A stretch of 58,417 nt of DNA, filler included, from Basidioascus undulatus (Eukaryota): NCBI GenBank assembly GCA_000826855.1. It is 3 parts of 3 records of this genome, joined end to end, with 100 filler letters (N's around TTAATTAATTAA, not from the genome) between each part and the next. Parts side by side here need not be neighbours in the genome. Positions count along the whole stretch, not along the records: positions 10,534 to 28,072 come from JTLS01001129.1; 2 more parts are not named here. One strand, given 5' to 3'. Positions 12,443 through 25,106 of this stretch are shown here, piece by piece. A model generated the notes under the pieces. It was not told the DNA's origin. It worked only from the letters and a program-made list of their open reading frames with translations, and searched no databases. Every line of letters begins with the position of its first letter. Position 1 is the stretch's first letter. Position numbers and translations under genes: made by a program.

Positions 12443-13831
12443 CTACCGACCACCACGCAAGTCCACCTCCGCCGCTTCGCACGCCGCGCGCAGTCGCTCC
12501 GCCGCCGGATCCTCAGCGCGATGCCCTACCTCAAGAACAGAAAGCGAGGGCGTGCACGTCTCCTTCGCCTCGAGCATCTCCACGAGCATGTCCACGCACG
12601 CCTCGAGGGTCCAGTCGTTGTCGATCCTGAGATTGAGTGAGACGAGCGCGGGCGGCATGAGATCGGTGAGTTTGACAGGGGCCGCACCGTCTGAGGGGGC
12701 ACCGAGCAGAAGCGAGATGGGTAGATAGATGCTCGATAGCTTCACGAAATCGCGCAGGGGTCCGAGTTCCCCACGTGGCTCGTCGCTGCTATCACTAATC
12801 TCGGTGGTGATCTCGAGGTAGGTGAGCGAATCCCGCGCGTACGCGTGCAGCCCGGTCCAGAGGGCCGCAGCGTCGAAAGACGCAAATCCGGTGGTGGAGC
12901 CGCCGAGGTCGTACGCGAATCGGCTCAGCGCGCGCGGGAGGCGGAGCGTCCGCGCGAGCGAGGTGCACTCGATCGCACCCAAGATGAAGACTAACTCCGT
13001 GACGGAAGAGGATCCAGGAGGAGCAGAGACGTGAGCCTCCTCGTTCGAGTCCCACGGGTTCGGGTCTTCGTCGACTGCACTGACAGTGAGTTTGCGAAGC
13101 GTGGGGAGTAGAAGGCACTGCTCGATGCTGAGAAGATCGAACCCCCCCTCGGTGTCGTACCACGACAGCTCGATCTCTTGCAGCGAGCGCAGGCCCTGCG
13201 GAAGGTTGCCCTTCGAGACGGCATCCACGAAGAAGAGATCCGAGGGCAGGTCCGGGGTAATGCTGAGCGAATGGAGGTGCGGCAGGAGGTCGAGAAGAAG
13301 GACCGTTTGCACCGTCTCGCTGCTGTGCTTGAGGGCGCGCTGGATCCGGTTCGAGAGACCACGGGCTGAGGCAGCAGAGGCGAAGAGGGCGTTGTCGGCG
13401 GAGAGCGAGTGGCCGACCTCGCCGTCTGCCCCTTCCGTCTCGACCTCCTCGACCATGTCCTCATTGTCCTCCTCATCGTCACTCTCTCCCTGTTCGGGAG
13501 CACACTTATCATACACCTCATCGTGCCAATCGACCGTGAGTTCACGAACGTGCGCGCCGAGCGCGGGACGGGCGAGGAGCAAGCGCAGAAAGAGCCGAAG
13601 CGAAGTCTGGTAGTTTTGCTCCCAGTAGCCTACGATCTGAATCGAGCGGCAGAGCGAAGGTTGGGTGAGACGGTAAAAGCGATGATTGACGAGTGAGAGG
13701 CGAGCGAAGTCTACCTGCGGCGAGTGCCTTCTACCGGAGGGGAAGTTCCACTCACCCACACAACGCTCTCGTGCGGTGAGCGGGATGATTTCAAGAAGGG
13801 TCTCGTCGGGGAGATCGAGGAGAACAGCCAT
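12443..13831 (-). CDS. Intronless F-box/LRR (RNI-like) protein, about 462 aa
   Basis: Long ORF with N-terminal LLDLPDETLLEII...LSLVNHRFY F-box-like motif and repeated LPxLxxLxI units (LPHLHSLSI, LRSLQEIEL, LPTLRKLTV). Confidence 0.8.
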   Translation of the reverse strand: MAVLLDLPDETLLEIIPLTARERCVGEWNFPSGRRHSPQVDFARLSLVNHRFYRLTQPSLCRSIQIVGYWEQNYQTSLRLFLRLLLARPALGAHVRELTVDWHDEVYDKCAPEQGESDDEEDNEDMVEEVETEGADGEVGHSLSADNALFASAASARGLSNRIQRALKHSSETVQTVLLLDLLPHLHSLSITPDLPSDLFFVDAVSKGNLPQGLRSLQEIELSWYDTEGGFDLLSIEQCLLLPTLRKLTVSAVDEDPNPWDSNEEAHVSAPPGSSSVTELVFILGAIECTSLARTLRLPRALSRFAYDLGGSTTGFASFDAAALWTGLHAYARDSLTYLEITTEISDSSDEPRGELGPLRDFVKLSSIYLPISLLLGAPSDGAAPVKLTDLMPPALVSLNLRIDNDWTLEACVDMLVEMLEAKETCTPSLSVLEVGHRAEDPAAERLRAACEAAEVDLRGGR

Positions 13832-14134
13832 CGTTGAAGGCGCGATATGCTCTGGGACCGGAGGAAAGGAATGAGGATGAGAGGAGATGTTGAGCTGGCA
13901 GAGCCTCGAGAAAAGGGACGAAGCAACGCGGAGGCCTTTGCTCACGTGTCATCCGTCGCGGCCGAACTGGCTTGTTGGACATTGTCGGAAAGTGCAAGCT
14001 GTGTACGCAGGCCCCACGCAGGCACACATATCGCTCAGATTACTCACGATAAGCATGTACATGGTGAACATCCTGCGGCATGTGTAAAAAAGGCAGGCGG
14101 AGCGATGAGACAGCGCGTTGTCGCCAAGAGGGGA

Positions 14135-15980
14135 ATCGGGATGGCTCACACCGACCGAGATTCACCCACCTTCTATGCGTACTCGCCTTGCACAGTTTTC
14201 CGCGAGTTAAACTCGCAGTATGCAACTTGTATGGCTGAGCTAGCCCAAATACGCAGCGGGCCTACGTGTTCACCCCCCCAGACCGCCGACCATTCCACTT
14301 CCTCGCCTTCCCATAAGAGCATCTCTTGCTGCTCCCAGAGCGTACCGTTTGACAGTCAGGTCCCGTCATGACGTCTTGCTTGAGAAATGGTGTAGGAATG
14401 AAAGCCACTTCAGCAGGGCAACCCTGGGTCACCAAGTGCGGGAGCGCGTCCGCACATTGTGAATGTCGGCAATTGTAATCTTGTAGGGCGGCTATCGTCA
14501 AAACATGTATGTTTATAGGCTGAGACTGCTTTGAAGTTGGTCCCCTTAGTAGAGGAGCTGTTCTTCGAGACAGTTGACTCGAGTAGAGATCTTCGAGGCT
14601 GGTCGTCTTCGCTTCGTTTATCTGAGCACCGTTGGTACAAACTGCAGCTGTTGGTAACATTCGTTTAGAACTGGTACTGAGTTAATGTACAATGTGGCTT
14701 ATGATGGGTCTCTCAAGGTTTCCAGAGAATTCAAGACTGGTCGTTCGGAACAGGTTGTGCCGGGCCGCAGCGTGATGCTAAAGGGATCCCGTTTGTTGAT
14801 TAGAATTTGAAAAGACTGAGACTTTGTAACTTAATGAGATGTATAAGATGCTCATTTTTCAATAAATTCCTGTCCTTCGGTGAACGATGGAAATACGAGG
14901 CTCCATGCGGTAAGTCACTGCCGTTCGTTCTTACAGCTTGCACAGCCTGCCTACCTCGTTCTTATATTGGACAATTCTCAATGGAGATTCCTTCACCTCG
15001 ACCGGCCAGGCTCATATCCCACCAAGCCCCCCTTCTCCGTCCCTGTGCTCTCTGTCCCTCTCCCACACTGATCTCAACTTCCTCGAGCTCACGCCCGTCC
15101 GCCAAACGTCCAAAATTGACATATCACCATGTCCCACAATGGTGACGGCCAGTGAGTACAATACGCCGGACTTTGCGAAGAGGGTTGAGAAGAAGCGAAA
15201 CCTCATAATGACGTTACGTTCTACGCCGCTCAACAGAATCCTCATCGGTGAGCCACTTTCACTCTCAGAAGGTGCGCGTCTTGGGATTTTCTGATAAGCG
15301 TTAGGTCAGGCCATCAGGTGCGAAGCCTATCACCCTTAAGTCTCTGCTGGATGAGGGCTGAACGACAGCCAGCAGGTCTGATACCAAGACACAGATAATC
15401 GAGGGGGTCAGTCATTGTGTTTTCGTTGATAGTAGCTTCTTATACCTTGTAGTGTTCAGTGAATCGACGGGTCCGTGGTAGCGTCGTTACATCTCCCTTT
15501 TCTTGAGCGGATTGGCTAATTGGCGTTCTTTGCTAACAATGCCATGCTTTCAGAAGGTCGGCAGGGTGATGGACATCCTCTCGCGCACTGAAGAGTTCAA
15601 TATCAAGATGTGAGTTAATATCATAAACTCGTTGAACGGCATGCTGACCTGGCGTCTGATGTAACCGACGGGGTCCATAGTTTTCAAGGTACGAGCTGGG
15701 CACATCAAAGGCTCGAGAAGGGTCAGTGGGTCCAATCTGATCAAGATAATCAATGTATTGTGTTATCTTGCTCTTGCAGATACCCTATCATGATATTCTT
15801 GCGACAGCATGTAGGAATCGAGCGGCCTACCAACGACTCGGCGAAGCCACTACAAGCATTCTCATGACTGGTCTGCCAGCATGTTCAATCTTGTTCTCTT
15901 TTGTCATATATTCTTAAGTAAGGCTTTTCTGCTATAATCTTATCATCATAGCCCAATGCATACGTAGATTGACTCGTCGG
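14135..15980 (+). repeat. Degenerate repeat or relic gene, copy A (inverted homologue of 22935-24800)
   Basis: Colinear nucleotide similarity by eye across about 1.8 kb. Examples: the AQINEAKTTSLED frame in both copies, and CTCAACAGAATCCTCRTCGGTGAGCCACTT. Confidence 0.85.
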
Positions 15981-17931
15981 GCGGTCGACTGAAGGCCCAG
16001 CACGCTGATGATTGTGCTACACGCACATTCGGTCTTACACCTTTCATGATACTTTTCAGTCGTGAACTCCTGTGTCCGTATTCTGGCCATTACACCTCGA
16101 CACGCCTGTATGTTGACGCTATTGTTATTTGCCGGGTGTCAAAGTTCGATGAGAAGATCGAGCTTGCTGCGGGAGACGTGCCAAATGTCAAGGAGCCCTT
16201 GCGGTTTCCCGAATAGAGGAAGGGTATTTCTTCCTTAAGATCAAGTCTTATGCGGCAGGGTGTCCAGCTGGACGCTCCTATGCAAGACGGGATCGAGAAG
16301 TTTGGATAAAGCGGGTAGATACAGTATCTATCTCGGCATGTAGCTCTTTTCCGCACTGCATTGTGGGACGGAGTATGCCAGGGCCGAGGGCCCCCATTGT
16401 ACCCAAGTCTCTTGGAGAGCCAATGTGTTGGTGTCGTCGTCCGACCTGCGACGTGTGAACTGAGATAACTTAGGCCTCCGCGAGCCCAGGTTGAAATGTT
16501 CTGAGTTTCCCGCTTTGAGGGACACGCCTGCTGTGCAAATAGTCCAATTACGGAGAGAAATGCAGCCCACTTCTCAGCATCCAGAGCAAAAGTTCAAGTG
16601 CCGCTGCAACCGACAATCCGACTTCGGCCCTTGCTCACTCCCCGTTCACTCGTTGCGGGCGACGTGCGCCACGCCTTTCTACAAGAGTGCCCTGCGAAGG
16701 TTGGACTGAGAACTTTAAATCGTTCCGAGAAATAGCGTCCATACTGCTCAAGCATGAAATGATGTTTATTATGTATGTTCTGTGGGACCTTTGCGGGATG
16801 GGCCTCATGGAACTAGCGAGATGCGGAGAACTCTTCTCTATTGAGCACCAGCGAGAGGATTGCCGTAACTCGTGCATCTGGCTGTGTATGAACTGAGGTT
16901 ATTAAGTATACATTTTAATAAATTCATCACCATGACAGTGAATTTCCGAACGCAAAGCAGACGTATTCGCGCACTCCCCATTCTTTCCGCCCCGGCCCTC
17001 CCCCTGCCTTCTTCCACCTTCCTTGTGAACCTGTTGGATTTTTATCCACTTTTCCTGAATGAACTGCTCTGTAATCTTTCTCGTTATTGCCAGTGTAGAA
17101 TGACAGCCTGACTAAGGTCTGCGATAGCCATGCGGAGCGGAGTGAAATCGGCAGCTCCGAGTCTCCGCAGCCACACTACTTCCCTAAACTGCCCCGAGAT
17201 GCTGTCAGGCCCGCTGCAGCCGCTTGCACAGCATTTCAGAACTCTACAGGGATATGTAAATTTTCGGTTTGGTGATGGTCCTCAGTGCTCAACCAGTTGA
17301 GACAATAAGTCGAGTGCAACGACATGGACGGACTGTGAAGGAGATACGGCTGTTGTGCGAGCCAAGCGCGTTTGTTTTCTTCCCGAGCCGTCTCGCCCGC
17401 GTTTCTCTGGTCGTCGCTGTCCACTCTGACCGACTTCGTCCAAACGGGGTCTTCTCTCTCAGACCAGGACAATTATTCCCACCATCAGAGCAGCATTTTC
17501 AGATTTCAGACAGGCCAAGCCCAACTGACATTTCCCACGCCTGGGCATGTGTGTTTGGGCTGCTCGGGCTTGTGCACGCCCCCTTTGCCTTGTTTCACCA
17601 TCAGCGAAAGAGAGGCGGGCCTACGGCTCTAGCTCGTCGTCCTCNTCGTCCTCCTCTCTCTGCCCGCCATAATCCATCCTCTTGCCGCCCGCTGCATCAT
17701 CCTCATCTCTTGTCGCTTGTTGACCGTCCGACCGACGCTGACCGCGGCACTGACGCCGACACGCGGACCTGCACTCTGGCGGTTGTAATCTTGCTGCACT
17801 CTCGAACCCGCACCCAGTCACTCGCTTTACCAGATACCCAGCAGCCGCCATCTCTCCATCACAAAACACAGCAGATACCCACCCACTCCTACCCGCATCC
17901 ATTCAATCCCATCTCTCCCCCGTCCCTCGGC

Positions 17932-19189
17932 ATGCCCCGCGCCGCTCCCTCCTCTTCTTGCTCCTCCCGCCGGCGTCGGGCGCTCCCGGTTCTCCTCCTC
18001 CTCACTGCCCTCGCACTCGCCCCCTCCCCGCCGGCCGCATCCGCCTCCTCCCTCCAGCCGCACGCACACCGACCGCGACACGTCCATCCGCGGCCGTACG
18101 GGCGCGCCGTACATCCGCGCGCCGCGGCAGACGACGATGACGACGATACCGAGACGGTCATCATCGCGCCCGCCGCGGAGCGCGCGGCGGAGACGACCTC
18201 TGCGTCTGCGTCCTCGGGCTCGGCGTCCGCCGCTGCCCACCCCACGACCAGTGCGGCACCGGCGCAGAACGGGGGGATCCTAGGCGGGATCGGGGATCTG
18301 TTGAATGGCGGGAAGAAGGAGTCGTCTGTGTCAAGTCCCACATCTACCACCTCTGGGACACCCATGTCGACGTCGGCCAAGCCGACGAGCACCAGCTCTT
18401 CTACTTCGGCGGAGGAGACGTCGAGCGAGGAGCCTCCGCCGTCGGTCACGTCCACCGCTGTGGTGGGCGGGCCGGCGAGCTCGTCCGCCGCTGCTGAGCA
18501 GGAGGACTCGGCCGGGATGGGCAAGATCGCGAAGGGCACGATGATCGCTATCATCGTTACCGCGTCCGTCATTGGGCTCGCCGCGGCAGTGTGGACAATG
18601 TGCGTCCCGTCTGCCATCTCTCATCTCCCCAATGCCCCTGCTTGCCGCTCGGACCCATCCGTGCTGAATCTCTCTTCTTACCCACCCTCTCACTCACCAC
18701 CCAGCTTCCGCAAGTACAAGCTCTCCCCCTCGCGGCGGTTCAACAACCGCCTCGACGCGATGGACCGGATCGACTTCACACCCCCTACGCCAGACGACAA
18801 GGACGACCCTCGGCCGGACCCGTTCGAAAAGGCGCCTCAACAACTTAACCGCGCGCCATCCAGCATGTCCGGGCGCGAGGCCTCTCCGGCGCCGTACGGC
18901 TGGGCGTCGCCCTCGCCCTACGCGCCGGCGCCGGCGCCCGCGCCCGCGCCGATCCCAGGAGTCCCCGTCCCGCCTGCCGCGTACGAGTACGACCCGCGCG
19001 TGTACGCACACCCGCACTCGCCTGCCCCCGGCGCCATGCAAGGCGGGGGCGTGCCGTACGAGTTTTCTGGGTGCGTTGCGTTTGAGCGCGCGCGTGGGAT
19101 AGATGGATGGGCAAGTGCTGATTTCGGGTCGGGGGTGACTGGACAGGCCGTCTTACGCCCTAGGAAACCAGCCGCAATACCGGTACTGA
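17932..19189 (+). CDS. Type I membrane protein with signal peptide, Ser/Thr-rich ectodomain, TM helix and Pro/Tyr-rich tail (Mid2/Wsc-like architecture)
   Basis: Hydrophobic leader ALPVLLLLTALALA, S/T-rich region, TM IAIIVTASVIGLAAAVWTI followed by FRKYKLSPSRRF after removing intron 18600-18704. A second intron at about 19071-19146, ending QPQYRY*. Confidence 0.75.
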
Positions 19190-20235
19190 TGCTCTTTCGC
19201 TTGTCGTTCCGTTCTGTACGTACACTCCCTCTCATACCCCATCTCGCGCTTCTCCTCACGACCTCTGCCCCCTGCAGAGCTCGCTCGATCCGCTCCGACC
19301 CGCCACGCCCCGCCACGCCCCCCGCATAGTCGTCCCATCGTTCCCTCACAAGCTCGTACATTTTATTCCCGTTCATCCACTTCTTACTCTACGCCGTCCA
19401 ATGAACACTACATCCCATCCCATCCCATCCCATCCCTCATTTCACCACGCTCGTTCGTCGACACCGCCCTCGCTTGCGGCCAGGTGCCGTACCGCCCACC
19501 GCCTCCGCTCGTTCCCCCGATACCAATACCTTCCCATCTGCATACCCCCTCCCAATCAAACACTTAGTGCCCCGCCTTCCTTGGTCCTGCTTGCTCGCTT
19601 GCCATTGCCGCCGCCCTACATGTTTATACCTACCTGTCTAGTCGCATACGTTTATTCTTCCCTCCCCGTTAACTATTCTGCATGGCGCTCGCTTCCGGCG
19701 TCCACTTTTCTACACTACCTGCTCGGCGCTTCTCGCTTGCTATTCTAACATGCATTTTGATACCACTTGCTGCTACTGCATTTCTGTCCATCTTCTCGTA
19801 TGCCTTGAATGCTGCTGGCAGCGACTTGCAGATGTTGCGCCTCCACCGGGCGTGACTGTTTGCAGGCTCTCCTATCAAGGCCGAAGCAGAGCTCGTTCGA
19901 TCTCCTGCTCTGCGATGAGCTGCCTTGTATCCAGGCCAATATACTTTGGGAAGTACAATATACCCTCGAATGCACCGTCGTGAAGAAAAATTGGCTGCCA
20001 CGACTGCAGCGCAAGCGACGGTGCCCCCCTCCGCCGTCAGGTGTACGTCAGATCGTCAACCGGGCCGGCGCAACTCCCGCGCGCTTGCCGTCCGCCGACG
20101 CCCAACGCCCAACGCCCAACTTACCAGCACCCACCCACCCCCAGCCTCCTTACCAGTACCACCAGCAGCAGCAGCACCATTCTCCTACGCACTTGCACCC
20201 ACATCCCCACCCTCCTCCGCTCATACTCTTCCGCA

Positions 20236-21711
20236 ATGTCCGGCTTCGAGAAGCTCAGCTCGAACAAGTCCTTCGAGGGCTGGCTGAACAAGTACAAGTT
20301 CACCGTGCGTGCGCCTTCTCTGAGGGAGCGGTATGGAATCCTGACGTAGATTGGGACTTGAAATTCGGGTATGGGGGATCATGCAGTCCGAGAAACTCGG
20401 TGGCCTCCCGACGCAGATCAACGTCTTCCTCCCGAAGGAGGCAGAGAAGGGCCCCGTGCCCGTGCTTTACTACCTTGCGGGCCTGACCTGCACTGAAGAC
20501 ACCGGGTGCGTCCTGCGCCTTCATCCGCACCCTCCCTCTCTATGGCGTGTCAAATGGGTTGACGAGTGGACGGGACGGGATCGCAGCGCCCAGAAGGGCG
20601 GCTTCCTCCGCGACGCCGCCGCGCACGGCCTCGCGCTCGTCTTTCCCGACACGAGCCCGCGCGGGGCGGGGATCGAAAGCGAGGAGAAGGACTGGGACTT
20701 TGGGACTGGTGCGTGCGCTTTCTTGCATTCTTTCTTGTACGTATTGGGTTGCTAGTGCAGCTCGCTGATGGTCATCCGTGAGTCCGCAGGCGCTGGGTTC
20801 TACGTCAATGCTACGAAGGAGCCGTGCGTTGAGGGTTTCAGCGGTCCGGGTTGAGAAGGAGGGAGAGAACGATCCTGATTGACAATGGGGTTTGCAGCTG
20901 GAAGAAGGCGTATAACATGTACGACTACATCACGCAGGAGCTGCCCGCCAAGCTCGCTACGTCCGGGCTGCCTCTAGTCCGTCTTCTTACCTCATCCTCC
21001 CACCCACTCCACCGCTCCGTTTTCTGAACCCCTTTCCATCTCCGCTGCAGGACACCAAGACCGCCTCCATCATGGGGCACTCGATGGGCGGGCACGGCGC
21101 GGTCACCCTCTACCTTTCGCAGCCGGAGGGGACGTACCGGTCCGCGTCCGGCTTCGCGGCGATCCTCAATCCGACGCGCTGCCCGTGGGGCGAGAAGGCT
21201 TTTGGCGGGTACTACGCCGGCGGCGTCGAGGAGGGCAAGAAGAGCGACGCGACGGAGCTGATCAAGTCCGTGGGCAAGAGCCGCAAGATCGAGCTCCTGC
21301 TGGACCAGGTGCGTAAATGAGGAGGAAGAGCAAGGGAAGGGCGGAAGGCTGATAAGAAGTAAGAGGGCAACAGGGCACCGAGGACAACTTCTACAAGCAG
21401 GGCCAGCTGCTGCCCGAGAACTTCGTCGCGGCCGCGAAGGAGGCGGGCGTCCCCATCAACGTCAACTTCCGCGACGGCTACGACCACTCGTACATTTCAA
21501 CTTCTGTTCTTCACGCTTCTATCTGCTGATCTTGCCATTCTTTCCCCGGCGCGTCTTGCCCCAAATGCACAGGTACTACTTCGTGCGTGCTTTCCCCACG
21601 TGCATTCGAATCCGTCCTCCCGTTCCACTCACGCCTTCCTTTTTCTCCTAATAGATCTCTACCTTTGGCCCTGACCACATCGCATTCCACGCCAAGCACC
21701 TCAAGGCATGA
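20236..21711 (+). CDS. S-formylglutathione hydrolase / esterase D
   Basis: Spliced peptide has PVLYYLAGLTCTE, FPDTSPRG, WDFGTGAGFYVNAT, YNMYDYI, nucleophile elbow GHSMGGHG, DQGTEDNF, QLLPENF and GYDHSYYFISTF. Confidence 0.96.
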
Positions 21712-22044
21712 TCGGGCAGGGGTGTCGAGGGAAGGGAATGAGATGATGATCTGGAAAGCAGTGGAAGGAACGGGTCTACGTCCATGTGAATTCGCTTGTG
21801 AAGGCGCATATTAGATAGTATGCTTGCTCATTGGGTGTTTGGTGCTGCTCGGTGTTGGCCAGCATTCCGCATCACCTGTGGCTGTTTGGCTTGTGAAGAA
21901 CCAACGAGGCGTGTTTGCTTCGTAGACTCCCAGTTAGAGTCGTCACTCGTGCCATGTCGTACTCGAGAATAATGGAGAACTGCATCGGACCAGACCTTTT
22001 TTTTTTTTGCTAAAAGACAGGCCACATGTCAGAGAAGGGCAGAC

Positions 22045-22255
22045 CGTTTGCAAGGAAACAAAATGACCGACCCCCGTCCGAGTTGCGTGGCACGAAACCT
22101 GCTGGCCGTCGTTGACGGCCCACCCAAGATGAGACTTAAGGCGTTGCTTCAACAGGTTTTGAAGCATGTGCACTACTCCCGGATTTGGGTATCATGTATG
22201 GGAAACTGCCGCAAAATGGAAGTGGCTCGCCTATCATTGTTCTAATGAGCAGGGG
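22045..22255 (-). repeat. Third, shorter copy of the 14-16 kb / 23-25 kb repeat family
   Basis: AAAATGGAAGTGGCTC...GAGCAG and AATGACYGACC...AAACCTGC match 23515-23715 in direct orientation. Confidence 0.6.
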
Positions 22256-22934
22256 ATGGCCCGTAAGATCAGTGCGAGTTCCCTTCTATGTCCTCACCTC
22301 ACATTCACTTTTTCATGCTCTCCAAAAGTCCACAAGTGCCCCTAGGTGTCGTCTGACTTCTATTCAAGCAGTTTCAAACTACTTTGAGCAGGGTCTTCAG
22401 ACCTCTTGGTTGAGTGTGGTGCCGTGGCCAGCGGCTTGGAAGGGTTATGGAATGTGGGAGGCCCGAATCTCTCGGTTGTCATTCAACAGTAGAAAGACAG
22501 TTTGGCATATTTCAGCAGAAGGGTAGATCGAGGTTGTGCCAAAAGAGTGCCACGGCGACAGACTTGTTCGTGCGTTGCCGTCCGGAAACTCGTCTTCCCT
22601 TGTTCCTTTGATCACCAGATGAAGCACCGTTCCTGCACAGCCAGCTTGTGGATTAAACTACCTTGCTGTCATTGCATTCAAGCATCTTCTAGGACGTTGC
22701 CTGAAAACTGTGGCACGATGTAGCGTGAAAAAGAGCTGTACAACGAGCGCGGTGCAGCATCCAAACTTCAAGAACACGAACCCGCATTAAGTGAACAGTA
22801 ACACCACCTAAAGTCGGATCTATCCGAGGCCAACACGTCGGAACTTCGATAGAGCACAAAATTTCTGTGTCACCTGGGCACATCTCTCACAACAACCTCA
22901 AGCTTCTCCGCAGACGTTGGTAGCCCAACAAACA

Positions 22935-24800
22935 GCAGCAGATTCAATGTGTATATGCATTAAAATTTTTGGTAGAATCGTAGCCACAACAACACTCGAT
23001 CAAGCGACAGATTGCAAAGAAAATAAACCCGAGTGTGCTCGCAGGCCAGTCACAAGAATGCTTGTGGTCCCTGCGCTGTGTAGTCGGTGGGCCGCCCAAT
23101 CCCTACATGCTGTTGTACGGCATGACTTGCTCTGGTTTCTGAAAGAGGGCAATACAATATATAAAGTGCGACTTTTCATCAGCTTGGTTCCGCTGCGACT
23201 TCTTTAGCCTTCCCCGTGCCCAGCTCGCACCTTAAAAACTATGAACCCCCTCTCCGACATGCTGTACGCCAAACCCCATGTCACCATGCCGTCCAACAAA
23301 CTGGAAATTCATACACATATCTTGGCCCTGAAGCGCTGTGAACGCGGGAAATAGAGGATGTCCATCACCCTCCCGAGTTTCTACAAAGCATGGCGTTGTT
23401 AGTCGAGGACATCAGTTAGCCGGATCGTTTGAGAAAACGGAGATTAAACGGTGCTATCACAGACCCATTCAGGCACTGGAATGTACACCGTGTAAGAAAA
23501 GACTATAACGAGAAAACACAATGACTGACCTCCGTCTCGAGTCTCCTGAAACCAAACCTGCCGGCTTTTGTTTAGTTCTCACCGAGCAGCCTTCGGGAGT
23601 CATTCGGTGAGAGGCTTCGTACCTGATGGCCTGATATTCACCCTTATCAGAAAATCCCCGATGCCTACCTTCTGAAAATGGAAGTGGCTCACCGACGAGG
23701 ATTCTGTTGAGCAGCGTAGAATGCAGCGTTAGTGTGAGCTCTTTCGTTTTGCTTCCTTCCCAGCGTTCTTCCCAAGTTTTCGCTGGAATTAATGGTTGTT
23801 AGAATTGCCAGACATTTTTGATCTGTCACGTGAGGACGTTTGACGGCTGGGCTTGAGCTGGAGGAGGTTGAGACCACTGGTGCAGAAGGAAGAGGGACGG
23901 AGACGGGACGCTTCGTGGGATAGGTGTCTTGCCTTTTGCATATGTGAAGTTCCACTAGCAGAACGATGCAAGGGGGCTGTGCAGGGCAATCAGAACGAAA
24001 CCACGCTCGGTGGTGGTGCCGGTCGTGACTTGCCATGTGGAGCCTCGAATTCCTATCGTTCACCCATGGGGGAAGCTTGGTAAGAGCAGTGAACTCTGTA
24101 TTGAACGCATTCAATTCTGAATCATAATCTGCGTACGCGACCTGTTCGGCATATTACGGCCCAGCGCAACCTTTCCGAACGACCAGCCTCAACTTCTTGG
24201 AAAACCTGGGACAGACTCCACCGTGAGAGACAGTAGATTTTCAAGTCAGTACAATATCTTAATGTTTCTGTGATGAGATCGGAACGCATGTTATCAATAG
24301 CGGCAGTTTGTGCACTTGCTCAGATAAACGAAGCGAAGACGACCAGCCTCGAAGACTGCCACTACCAGAATATGTCGAGGAACACCTCTCAACTACTATC
24401 GAAAAACTTTTCAAAGCATTCTCAGTCTACACAGGTTCCGATAGCTCACCCTGCAAGGTTGCCATTGCTGACACTCCACCTTGTGCGGTTGCGCTGCCGC
24501 ACTTGGTGGCGCAGAATGCGCTGATGAAGTGGCTTTTCTTCCTTAAAGATGTTAGGAAAGCATTACGAGGAGACCTGTCTGCCAAGGGTAAGCTCAATGA
24601 CCAGCGAGGGATGCCCTTATGGGAAGGCAAGGAAGGCTGGAGTGGTCGCCGGTCTGGAAGGGTGAACACGTCGGTCCGTTGTGTAACCCACCACACAATA
24701 TAGTGGGTTTATTAACGTTCAGAGTCGCTGAAGAATGTGCCACAGCAAGGCGAGTGCGCACACACTAGTGAGGTGAATTTCGGTGTGAGCCATCCTCTTA
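22935..24800 (-). repeat. Degenerate repeat or relic gene, copy B
   Basis: Reverse complement aligns to 14135-15980, including intron-like signals (GTGAGCC, GTCAGTC). Confidence 0.85.
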
Positions 24801-25106
24801 TAAAAGTCGAGATTCTGTAAAGATCCGCACCCCTTCTTGCCCGGGCAGTTCTCCAGGTGAAAAGTACTCAGGCGGCGCAAGGAAAAGTGAGCGCCTTCAC
24901 CCAGGCAGGCAAGAGAACATCCGCCTCGCTCGCCATGACTGCCAAGCAGCGATCCAAACTTGTAGCGAAGGTAGGTATCATCTTGTCTCAGTAATCACAA
25001 TCACAAAAAGGAACAGAAGAAAGCGCAACCGAAAGAACAAAACATCATCCCTGCGTCCTCCGTACAGCTTCTCTCCCTCTACGCCGCTCGGTTCCCCCAT
25101 CGCCCC

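Noticed and set aside
17269..17931. Open frame extending 220 codons upstream of the Mid2-like ATG
   Set aside because: Non-ATG start, contains an N, low complexity, and the signal peptide follows ATG 17932.
19411..19436. (CATCC)5 and other microsatellites such as (TCC)n at 10022
   Set aside because: Ordinary simple repeats with no spacers, so not CRISPR-like.
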